64,000 nt of DNA from an uncultured bacterium (GTDB lineage Bacteria; Planctomycetota; UBA1135; GCA-002686595), in assembly GCA_943787795.1 (NCBI GenBank), contig CALSNU010000007.1, positions 1,238-65,237 of the forward strand. Direction: 5' to 3'. Below the pieces are notes generated by a model. The model saw only the letters and a program-made list of their open reading frames with translations, was not told the DNA's origin and searched no databases. Each line of letters opens with the position of its first letter. Positions within the stretch are counted from its first letter, which is position 1. The position numbers and the translations under genes are program-made. Positions 56,480 through 64,000 of the stretch are shown here, piece by piece.

Positions 56480-58000
56480 TCAAAGGCGCCCTTCGAGCGC
56501 CTTGATGGCCAGGTCGAGCTCGCCCGCTTCTTCGAAGAGGTTCGAGGCGGCGAGGTAGACGCGGCGACGGTCCGAGGGGTGGGTCTGCTCCTGAGCGGTC
56601 TTGCGCAGGACGAAGACGGCCGTGGTGAGCCGTCCGCTCCTCGCGAGGGCGCGGGAGTAGTTCAGGCCGACATCGAGCCGCAGCTCGGGCGAGGACAGCA
56701 TCTGGCGGCGATCGAACATGGGCCGCAGGGCCTCGGCGGCCTCTGCGAACAGGCCGCGGTTGATCAGGTGGCGGCCACGGTCAAGGCGATCGTTGTCGTC
56801 GAACGCCTCGAGGTGACGAGCGGGGAGGTCGAGCGCGGCGAGGGCCTTGTTCTCGACGTTCTTGAGAGCCAGGGTCTCCTCACCCGAGTTGGCGGCGAGC
56901 TTCGCGATGGCGATCACAGTCAGGTGAGACCCGCCGGTGTGGGCGGCCTCTGCGGCGCGCAGGAGAGCGTCGGCGCGGAGCGCGCCCTCCGTCATCTCTG
57001 CGTACATCAGCCACGCTCGAACGGCTTGCTCATACTGGCCTGCGTACTCGAACGCGCGGGCCCGGAGCTCTGCGACCTCAGGGTCAGCGTCGGAGTTGAC
57101 CCCATTGGCGCGCGCGAGGTCGAGGAAGCGGAGAGCCTCGGCGGGCTCGCCCGTCAGCGAGAAGGCGCGACTGCGGATGATGTACCGCCGACGACGCTCG
57201 GAGGCGGTGATCGTGCGGTCCTCGGTATCGAGCACATCCAGCTGCAGGTGAGCGCGGGTGGCATACTCGAGGCTCGAGTTGGGGTCCTTGGATGCGTCGG
57301 CTTGGTGGGTGTAGGCCTCGGCCAGGAGGCGGCGGGCGCGAGACCGAATCGGCTGAGGCGAGGAGCTCGCCAGGAGCTGCTCGAGGCACATGGCCGCCTC
57401 GCCCCAGTCTCCAGCATCGCTGTAGGACCGGCTCGCCTCGATACGCGCTCGGGGCGCGAGGTCTGATTCCTTGTAGTTCTCGAAGAGCTGGCTGAAGAGC
57501 CGCCCTGACTGGAGCCCCTCGCCGGGGAGCTGCTGCCACATCTTGGCGCGGTTCCAGAGGGCTCCCGGCGCCAGGACGCTGTTCGGGGCAGCCGTCATGG
57601 CCCGCAGATACCAGGACTCTGCGCGGGTGTAGACTTCCTTGCGCGTCGGGTAGGGGCCGAGGTCCTCGGCGACGAGCAGCGTCTCACCCCTGAGGGTGGC
57701 GCGGAGGCCAACCGAGCCTGAGATGACGAGCAGCGCCTCGCGCAGATCCACGTCTTCCATCAGCGCGGTGACCTCGGGGTCACGGCTGATCAGCTCGCTC
57801 CCCTCGACGGTCCTGCCGCACTCGACGGCGACCTTCGCCATCAGGCTCTTGAAGGAGACCCGGTCAGCCTTGACGTTGATCCGCGGGCCGTCATCTCCAT
57901 CAGTGATGGTGACCGTGGAGCGCGGGAGCGGCGTGTCCTGCGCAGGGGCCACGGTGACCGTGAGGGCGCAGGCTGCGGCGATCAGGATGCGCGAGATCAT
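56480..58000 (-). CDS. Exported STN/secretin-N0-like domain plus TPR solenoid protein
   Basis: Signal peptide; INVKADRVSFKSLMAKVAVECG..VTALMEDVDLREALLVISGSVGL; many TPR-like repeats. Confidence 0.7.
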   Translation of the reverse strand: MISRILIAAACALTVTVAPAQDTPLPRSTVTITDGDDGPRINVKADRVSFKSLMAKVAVECGRTVEGSELISRDPEVTALMEDVDLREALLVISGSVGLRATLRGETLLVAEDLGPYPTRKEVYTRAESWYLRAMTAAPNSVLAPGALWNRAKMWQQLPGEGLQSGRLFSQLFENYKESDLAPRARIEASRSYSDAGDWGEAAMCLEQLLASSSPQPIRSRARRLLAEAYTHQADASKDPNSSLEYATRAHLQLDVLDTEDRTITASERRRRYIIRSRAFSLTGEPAEALRFLDLARANGVNSDADPEVAELRARAFEYAGQYEQAVRAWLMYAEMTEGALRADALLRAAEAAHTGGSHLTVIAIAKLAANSGEETLALKNVENKALAALDLPARHLEAFDDNDRLDRGRHLINRGLFAEAAEALRPMFDRRQMLSSPELRLDVGLNYSRALARSGRLTTAVFVLRKTAQEQTHPSDRRRVYLAASNLFEEAGELDLAIKALEGRL

Positions 58001-59151
58001 CGGGCTTCCTCCGGCGCGATCAGGCTGCCCTGCTCAAAGTAGGTGAAGGGGATCAGGTAGTCGATCTCCTCTCGAAGGCTGTTGGGCATGGGGACCCGGT
58101 CGCGGTTGGCCAGCACGAAGTTGAGGAGCATCCGAGCCTCCTCGGGCTTGCCTTGGTCCAGGAGAGCCTTGGCGCGAGCGACTCCAAGCTGGTGGGTGTT
58201 GTCGTACTCGAGGGGATCAACAGCCGGCTCCTTGACCGCGGCAAGGGCCTTGGGATCAAGCCGCTTGGGCCCCTGCTGCGTGAGCTCCCCCGGGTTGGGC
58301 TCCCCCGGGCCGGACTGGGCCGGGTCGGCCTGGTTTGGGCCGGACTGGTTTGGGCCGGACTGGGTCGGGTCGGGCTCGATGACGTGCTCGACGCTCGGCT
58401 CAGCGTTGGCCGGAGCGGCAGCCTGGGCGTCCTGCGACTGCTGATCGAGCAGGACCTGGGCCATCAGGCCCGTGGCCTCGGAGATGGTCTGGTTGAACCG
58501 GTCGCTGGCCTGCTGAGCGAGGAAGAAGATCCCGGTGTTGATGAGGAGGAAGCAGCCCACGAGGGCCAGGAGGGAGCGGTTACGCTCCCACGAGGACGCG
58601 CCGGGCATGTCCTCGGGCAGCGTGATGCGCGGGCCTCGATCCCCAAGGAGAGACATCGAACCGGTCGCGGCGACCGCCTCCTTCGACTCTTGCTCGGCGG
58701 GCTCGGTGGCGAGCGCGGCGGCCTGCTCCGCGGCGGGCTGCTCAGGGGCCGACCCAGCAGCGGAATCAGCGATGGGCTCGGGGTCGGACTGGAAGACGGG
58801 GGATCCGACCTCGATGCTCGACGGAGCTTCGGGAGCATCGTCGGCTCGGAGGCCCTCGCTCACCGTGTCGAAGGGGCTGATACCCGATGTCTGGGGGGCC
58901 GGGGCGTTCGAAGCCGAGTCAAAGTCGAACAGGTCGTACTCGAGATCGCTGATCCCCTCGGGCTGCGGAGGGTTCGGGACCGGGTCAATCTCAAGGACAT
59001 CTCCAAAGAGCTCGGAGGAGCCGTTCGTCGGCGTGGAGGCGATATCGCCAGGGGCGAACTCCGGCTTCTCTTCAAAGCCGAAGCTGTCCACCCCGAAGGC
59101 CTCGGGGAAGTCGAAGAGGTCATCCCGGTCGTTTTGGTCAGCGGTGCTCAT
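57997..59151 (-). CDS. Single-pass membrane protein: acidic disordered N-terminus, TM, Pro/Gln linker, C-terminal TPR-like hairpin
   Basis: DDLFDF/DLFDFD acidic region; TM LLALVGCFLLINTGIFFLA; QSGPN repeats. Confidence 0.7.
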   Translation of the reverse strand: MSTADQNDRDDLFDFPEAFGVDSFGFEEKPEFAPGDIASTPTNGSSELFGDVLEIDPVPNPPQPEGISDLEYDLFDFDSASNAPAPQTSGISPFDTVSEGLRADDAPEAPSSIEVGSPVFQSDPEPIADSAAGSAPEQPAAEQAAALATEPAEQESKEAVAATGSMSLLGDRGPRITLPEDMPGASSWERNRSLLALVGCFLLINTGIFFLAQQASDRFNQTISEATGLMAQVLLDQQSQDAQAAAPANAEPSVEHVIEPDPTQSGPNQSGPNQADPAQSGPGEPNPGELTQQGPKRLDPKALAAVKEPAVDPLEYDNTHQLGVARAKALLDQGKPEEARMLLNFVLANRDRVPMPNSLREEIDYLIPFTYFEQGSLIAPEEAR

Positions 59152-59157
59152 GGTCTT

Positions 59158-60153
59158 CTAGCTCCAGAGCGCCGCCTGGAGCGCACGGCGAGGGTCGGGT
59201 CCTGCGAGCAGCCGACCCGCCACAACGGCCAGGGCTGGGGACAGGATGACGGGTGCGTTCGGGTCTTCCTCGAGAGTGGCCAGGAGCTCCTTCGAGGTCC
59301 CGGGGGCGAGGAAGTCGAGGTCGCTCAGGTCGATGCGGTCGGGGTCATCGAACTCGAGGACGCTGACTCCGAAGCGAATGCGTACCGCCGTCCCGGCGCC
59401 GATCTCGGAGGCGACCTGAAGCTCCTCGCAGAGGGCCTGAGTACGACCGATTCCGGTCGCGGCGTCGACGCCCGCCTCGGCGAGGACGGCGGCCGTATCG
59501 AATCCAGGGCCGTCGTCTCGGACCTCGACCTGGAGCTCGCGAGCGCCCATGGTGGCCTCGACCTCGATGGTCGTGGCTCCGGCGTCAACGCTGTTGGCCA
59601 CGATCTCGGCCACGGCGGATCCGATGCGGGCGCGGGCTGCCGGCGTGATGTCGCAGCGGACGGCCCAGCTGATGAGGTCGCGCGCGGCGGCCTCGGCGGC
59701 GCGGGGATGAGCGGCGAGGATCAGCTCCAAGGTCGCCCGCTCGTCCGACTCTCCGTCGACCTCGCCGGCGGTGCCGGCTGCACCCTCGACCGCAGCGATG
59801 AGCTGCTCGGGGAGCAAGGGGCGCTCCAGGAGGTCATGGACGCCGAGGCGGATCGCGCGGCGGTAGTCAGCGTGGCTCGGGTTGATGCCGACGAGGACGA
59901 TGTAGGGGTCGAGGCCAGCGGCGCGGATGCGCTCCACCAGCTCGAGGCCGTCGAGGGATCCTGCGGGGCCACCGAACTCGGCGACGACGACATCGCACCC
60001 GGCGAGGGCCAACGCGTCGGCGTAGCAGTCGGCGGTGGCGGCCTGGAGGTCGTTGGCCTCGAGGAGGCTCGCGAAGGCGTAGCTGACCGTCTGGTCCTCC
60101 ATGGCGAGGAGGACCGTCAGGCTGTCCGTCGCGGTGATCTCTGCGCTGGTCAC
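59158..60153 (-). CDS. Pseudo-receiver plus RsbW-like HATPase plus degenerate STAS-like fusion
   Basis: REC fold with VVAEFG in place of the phospho-Asp motif; AEIVAN, VRDDGPGFD; IDLSDLDFL tail; GTG overlaps the upstream TGA. Confidence 0.72.
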   Translation of the reverse strand: MTSAEITATDSLTVLLAMEDQTVSYAFASLLEANDLQAATADCYADALALAGCDVVVAEFGGPAGSLDGLELVERIRAAGLDPYIVLVGINPSHADYRRAIRLGVHDLLERPLLPEQLIAAVEGAAGTAGEVDGESDERATLELILAAHPRAAEAAARDLISWAVRCDITPAARARIGSAVAEIVANSVDAGATTIEVEATMGARELQVEVRDDGPGFDTAAVLAEAGVDAATGIGRTQALCEELQVASEIGAGTAVRIRFGVSVLEFDDPDRIDLSDLDFLAPGTSKELLATLEEDPNAPVILSPALAVVAGRLLAGPDPRRALQAALWS

Positions 60154-60866
60154 GCGGCACCTCCGACCTGGACGAGGCAGGGCTGGGCAGCCCGCTGGGA
60201 GAGGGTCCGGCCCCCGCCTCCCCTGGGGAGGGAGAGCACGACGCAGCGGCGGTCGCTGGCGTTGCGGAGGGAGACCCGGCCGCCGAGGGCGACGAGGTCT
60301 CTCTGGAGGATCGACTCGGCGAGGTGTTGAGCCGAGCGGATCTCGTGCTGCGAGCCTGCGTTGATGAGGCTGATGGTGGCCCACTGCTCGTCGGCGTGGG
60401 TGTGGACCATGAGCTCATCATCGATGGCATCGGAGGACTCGAGGGCGAGTTCGATAACCCTTGAGACCCCCTCGACGAGGATGCTGCCGTCCGTCAGGAC
60501 AGATGAGTTGCCGTCCTCGATGACGAATCGGCAGCGGCGACGCTGAGGCCGATCGAGGGCGCTCGACAGGCTGAAGGCGAGCTGCGAGAGCTTGCAGGTC
60601 GTCGGCCGGAGCTCCCGGGGGGCGGACCACCGAACGAGGTCGGTCGCTGCGCGCTCTGCGCGAAGCAGCTCGGCGATGGCTCGCTCGGTGAACTCGCGCT
60701 CCGCGGCCTCGAGGCCTGCGCCGCGGCGGCCCTCGAGGAGAGTGCGGAGCGCGCCCAGAGGCCAGCGCAGTTGCCGTCCTGCCTGGAGCGTCAGCGGATC
60801 GCTGCCGCGCCGGTTGGAGGAGCGGGCTGCGGAGGCTGCGTCTTGTTGTTGGTGCTGTCGATCCAT
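60150..60866 (-). CDS. Degenerate (pseudo) histidine kinase, HisKA plus HATPase remnant
   Basis: GRQLRWPLGALR aligns to the H-box AHELRxPL without the His; N, G1 and G2 boxes eroded; LGGRVSL..VVLSLP end. Confidence 0.65.
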   Translation of the reverse strand: MDRQHQQQDAASAARSSNRRGSDPLTLQAGRQLRWPLGALRTLLEGRRGAGLEAAEREFTERAIAELLRAERAATDLVRWSAPRELRPTTCKLSQLAFSLSSALDRPQRRRCRFVIEDGNSSVLTDGSILVEGVSRVIELALESSDAIDDELMVHTHADEQWATISLINAGSQHEIRSAQHLAESILQRDLVALGGRVSLRNASDRRCVVLSLPRGGGGRTLSQRAAQPCLVQVGGAA

Positions 60867-60888
60867 GGGTCGTTCCACGGGCAGCGGC

Positions 60889-60903
60889 GCAAGACCGGTG
60901 CCA
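60889..60903 (-). promoter_or_regulatory. sigma54 (-24/-12) promoter TGGCAC-CGGTC-TTGC
   Basis: Perfect match to TGGCAC-N5-TTGC, about 23 nt upstream of ATG 60866. Confidence 0.88.
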
Positions 60904-61014
60904 GGCGTGGTTGTCGACCCGCCCCGACCGATCCCTTGATGGCCCAGGCACTGTTTTCCGGAAGGTTTTTCCGGATCGGGAACGTCCTTCAGACCCCTTG
61001 CGATGGGGCCGAAA

Positions 61015-61117
61015 GTGTCGCTTCTCGCGGCACCGTGTCGCCGATCGCGACACCTCCCCCGCTGACGTTCAATGGAGCGCCGTCGCGCTCCGGTGGTGGT
61101 GTCGCACGACGCGACAG
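61015..61117. promoter_or_regulatory. Three palindromic enhancer-like sites GTGTCGC-N5-GCGACAC (61015-61033, 61035-61053, 61099-61117)
   Basis: Read directly; TGT-N11-ACA geometry typical of Fis-type bEBP sites; about 110-215 bp upstream of the sigma54 promoter. Confidence 0.75.
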
Positions 61118-61157
61118 CTCGGTCCCAAGATCAGCCCAGGTTGGGCCCAGGTTGGGC

Positions 61158-62528
61158 TCAGGCCTCGATGTCGTAGGCCTCGAGTTTCTTGTAGAGAGTG
61201 GAGCGGTGGATCCCAAGGGCGCGCGCCGCTCGACCCTTATTACCCCTCGTCACGTCGAGCGCCCGTCGGATCAGCGCGGCCTCCATGCGGTCCAGGGAGA
61301 GCTGATCCTCCGGCAGCGCCTCGGGGGACCAGCCGGCTTGGCCTCTTCCGCCGGCCTCCGCCCCCTCGGCCAGGGATACCGAGCGCGCCTCCACCTCCCC
61401 TCCGCTGGTCATGATGGCGGCGCGCTCGACGGTGTTCCGGAGCTCGCGGATGTTCCCAGGCCAGCCGTGGGCCTCGAGGCGTGCCAGCGCCCCGTCGCTG
61501 AACCCTATATATGGGCGGCCCAGTTCCTCGGCGAACTGGCCCAGGAAGTGAGCGGCCAGGGCGGCGATGTCCTCGGTCCGCTCTCGGAGCGGCGGGACGA
61601 CGATCGAGAACACATTGAGCCTGTAGAAGAGGTCCTCTCTGAATTCGCCGTCTTCGACCATGCTGGCGAGGTCGCGGTTGGTCGAGGCGACCACCCGGGC
61701 GTCCATGGTGAGGTCGAGGGTGCCTCCGACTCGCCTAAATGAGCGTTCCTGGAGGACCCTGAGGAGCTTTGCCTGGAGCCCGAGATCGAGCTCGCCGAGC
61801 TCATCGAGGAAGAGGGTTCCGCCCTTGGCCGCGCTGATCAGGCCATCTCGACCCTTGGGGTCCCCGCCCGTGAAGGCCCCGGGCTCATAGCCGAACAGCT
61901 CGGCCTCGAGGAGCCCCTCCGCAAGCGCGGCGCAGTTCAGGGCGATGAAGGGGCCTTCCGCGCGGTTGCTCCGCTCGTGCACGGCGCGGGCGACCAGCTC
62001 CTTGCCGACCCCCGACTCGCCAGTGATCAGGGCGGTGCTGCGCGGGGTGGCGGCGACTCGCTCCACGTGTTCGATGACCCTCTTGATCGCCCCGGAGTGA
62101 CCCACGATCGGCCCCGCCCGTAGCAACGCGACCTCTTCTCTGAGCCGATCCCGCTCCTCTCTGATCCCGCGCGCGCCCAGGGTCCGCTCGAGGACCTCAC
62201 GCAGCCCGGGGGGGTCCACGGGCTTCTCGAGGACCGTCGCGGCGCCGAGGCGCATGGCTTGGACGGCAGTCCTGACGTCGGCGAAGCCGGACAGGATGAC
62301 CACCGCTGGGGCGTCTTCCATGGCGGCGAGCTTGGGGAGCACCTCAAGCCCATCCCCCTCGGGCATGCGGAGATCCAGGAGGACCAGGTCCGGGCGCTCT
62401 CGTGCGGCCACTCGAAGCGTCTCGGCTCCGGTCGCGGCCTCACTAGTCCGGTGGCCGCCGGCCATGCAGATGGCCACCAGCCCGGTCCGGATCCCCGGCT
62501 CATCGTCAGCGATCAGGATGTGCGCCAC
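61158..62528 (-). CDS. sigma54-dependent response regulator (NtrC/AtoC family), candidate flagellar master activator
   Basis: IADDE, LDLRMP, GESGVGKE, GAFTGG, WPGNIRELRN, HTH LGIHRSTLYKKL. Confidence 0.92.
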   Translation of the reverse strand: MAHILIADDEPGIRTGLVAICMAGGHRTSEAATGAETLRVAARERPDLVLLDLRMPEGDGLEVLPKLAAMEDAPAVVILSGFADVRTAVQAMRLGAATVLEKPVDPPGLREVLERTLGARGIREERDRLREEVALLRAGPIVGHSGAIKRVIEHVERVAATPRSTALITGESGVGKELVARAVHERSNRAEGPFIALNCAALAEGLLEAELFGYEPGAFTGGDPKGRDGLISAAKGGTLFLDELGELDLGLQAKLLRVLQERSFRRVGGTLDLTMDARVVASTNRDLASMVEDGEFREDLFYRLNVFSIVVPPLRERTEDIAALAAHFLGQFAEELGRPYIGFSDGALARLEAHGWPGNIRELRNTVERAAIMTSGGEVEARSVSLAEGAEAGGRGQAGWSPEALPEDQLSLDRMEAALIRRALDVTRGNKGRAARALGIHRSTLYKKLEAYDIEA

Positions 62529-62829
62529 GGCCCGACTGTAGAGAAGGAGTGGCGGCTAAATCCACCGCGCCAGCCTGCCTGTGTCCTGCGGGCGGGAGAT
62601 CTGCACGCCGAGCCGAGGAGTTTCAGGGTGGAAACGATTTCCCGACATCGCCGCTGGTCGCCCGTGAACGGCCGATCGGGCCTCGCTGAGGCCGGGAATT
62701 CAAGCCGGCCGCTTCACTGATTCGCCCTCCCTCCGAGAACCCCAGTGTGCCCCGCGACCGGCAACCGCCGCCAGTGGGACGCAACTCAGCAATCTCCGCC
62801 TGCCGCCAGCTTCAACCCCTCTCGGAACT

Positions 62830-63663
62830 TTGGGACTTCGAGTCAACACCAACATCGCATCGATGACCGCTCAGCGAAATCTGAGCGTCTCCTCGAGCCG
62901 CCTTCAAGGCAACTTCTCCCGGCTCGCTTCCGGTCTTCGAATTGCCACCGCGGCAGACGACGCCGCCGGACTGGCCATCTCCGAGCGCATGCGCTCGCAA
63001 ATCAAGTCCTACGCCGTGGCAGGCCGCAACGCGATGGACGGAGTGTCCCTCGCTCAGACCGCAGAAGGCGCCCTTGGTGAGGTGAGCGGCATCCTGACCC
63101 GGATGCGCGAGCTCACCATGCAGAGCGCCAACGGGACGCTCAGCGCTAGCGATCGAGCGACCCTTGACAACGAATTCGACCAGCTGAAGGACGAGGTCAA
63201 CCGGATCTCGAACACCACGCAGTTCAACGGGATCAACCTCCTCGATGGGTCGGCCTCGACAGGCATCCCGATCCAGGTGGGCATCGGCAACAGCCTCACC
63301 AACGACGTCATCAGCGTCACCCTTGATTCGACCTCGACATCCCAGCTGTCCATCGCGGCGGCTGACCTCAACTCGATCACTGGCGCCCAATCGGCCCTTG
63401 CGAGCATCGACACCGCCATCGGCGCGGTCAACGACGCTCGAGGGATCCTCGGGGCACAACAGAACAGGATGGAGAGTTCGCTGCGCAGCATTCAGGTGCA
63501 GCGCGAGAACCTCTCTGCATCCGAGAGCCGCATCCGCGACGTCGACGTCGCCATGGAGACCGCGGACCTCACCCGTAACTCGATCATGCAGCAGGCTGCC
63601 ACCTCGATCCTCCAGCAGGCCAACGTCCAGCCGCAGATCGCGCTCTCTCTCCTCCAGGGCTGA
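62830..63663 (+). CDS. fliC: Flagellin (short, 277 aa)
   Basis: LRVNTN, RLASGLRIATAADDAAGLAIS, LGAQQNR, SRIRDVDVA, ALSLL; TTG start. Confidence 0.97.
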   Translation: MGLRVNTNIASMTAQRNLSVSSSRLQGNFSRLASGLRIATAADDAAGLAISERMRSQIKSYAVAGRNAMDGVSLAQTAEGALGEVSGILTRMRELTMQSANGTLSASDRATLDNEFDQLKDEVNRISNTTQFNGINLLDGSASTGIPIQVGIGNSLTNDVISVTLDSTSTSQLSIAAADLNSITGAQSALASIDTAIGAVNDARGILGAQQNRMESSLRSIQVQRENLSASESRIRDVDVAMETADLTRNSIMQQAATSILQQANVQPQIALSLLQG

Positions 63664-63721
63664 TCAGCCCCGCCAGAGTCACAACGAAAAAGAAGCGGCC
63701 TTCGGGCTCGATTCGCTGAGT

Positions 63722-63752
63722 GGGGGGGAGATCTCCCAAGGGTCTCCCCCCC
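63722..63752 (+). terminator. Strong GC hairpin downstream of flagellin
   Basis: GGGGGGGAGATC-TCCCAAG-GGTCTCCCCCCC, 12-bp stem, weak U tail. Confidence 0.5.
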
Positions 63753-64000
63753 TATTCCTCTCGCCGTCGAACCGCGCCGCGCCTGGCACCCACGTCAGGT
63801 TCGCTCTCTGAAACCAAACCTACGCCCTCCGCAGTCGCTGCCCAGCAGCTGGCTGCAGGCGCGCCCTCGAGACCCACGTGTCTGAGGCGCCGCCCAGGGC
63901 GACACCGCACAACGACTGGCGCCTTCAGCGCGCGCCCGGTTGGAGTCCCGAGCTCGTGAACGGCTCGGCTCGCTCTGGCTGGTCCCGCCGCTGAAGCAAC

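Noticed and set aside
58153-60330. Long + strand ORF (725 aa) and similar ones (34539..36446, 20627..22144, 50220..51692, 54163..55701)
   Set aside because: Antisense shadows of real genes, expected in high-GC DNA; no motifs
60154-60384. N-terminal extension of ORF 59158..60384
   Set aside because: Overlaps the pseudo-kinase out of frame and is low-complexity; the receiver fold starts after GTG 60153

Overview
High-GC bacterial chromosomal window with about 57 genes. A Planctomycetota origin is my inference from gene style (ECF/anti-sigma modules, insertion-bearing LepB, many TPR/HEAT proteins); no marker gene proves it. Bases 1-41 kb hold housekeeping and accessory genes: a TroABCD/MntABCD-type Mn/Zn ABC operon with SRAP, an unusual tandem (two-unit) MntR, tRNA-Arg(CCG), two ECF sigma modules, MBOAT/SGNH acylation genes, moxR, clpS, aroB, a short leuA-like gene, mgtE, lepB, selU/mnmH and a frameshifted pepN. 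Bases 41.3-63.7 kb hold a flagellar cluster (fliNML, motB x2, motA, motE/flbB-like, fliJIHGFE, flgCB, FleS/FleR-like pair, a second sigma54 activator, flagellin). The strongest candidate for an undescribed system is the head of the flagellar operon. There, a perfect sigma54 promoter with three GTGTCGC-N5-GCGACAC palindromes precedes a catalytically dead histidine kinase, a pseudo-receiver/anti-sigma-kinase/STAS-like fusion, and three envelope TPR proteins (one with an STN-like domain). A FliL with a large insertion lies further downstream. Also notable are many short, mostly CCAG-containing tandem arrays at gene 3' ends. No CRISPR, integrase or transposase was seen. All family calls are by motif recognition; no database searches were run.
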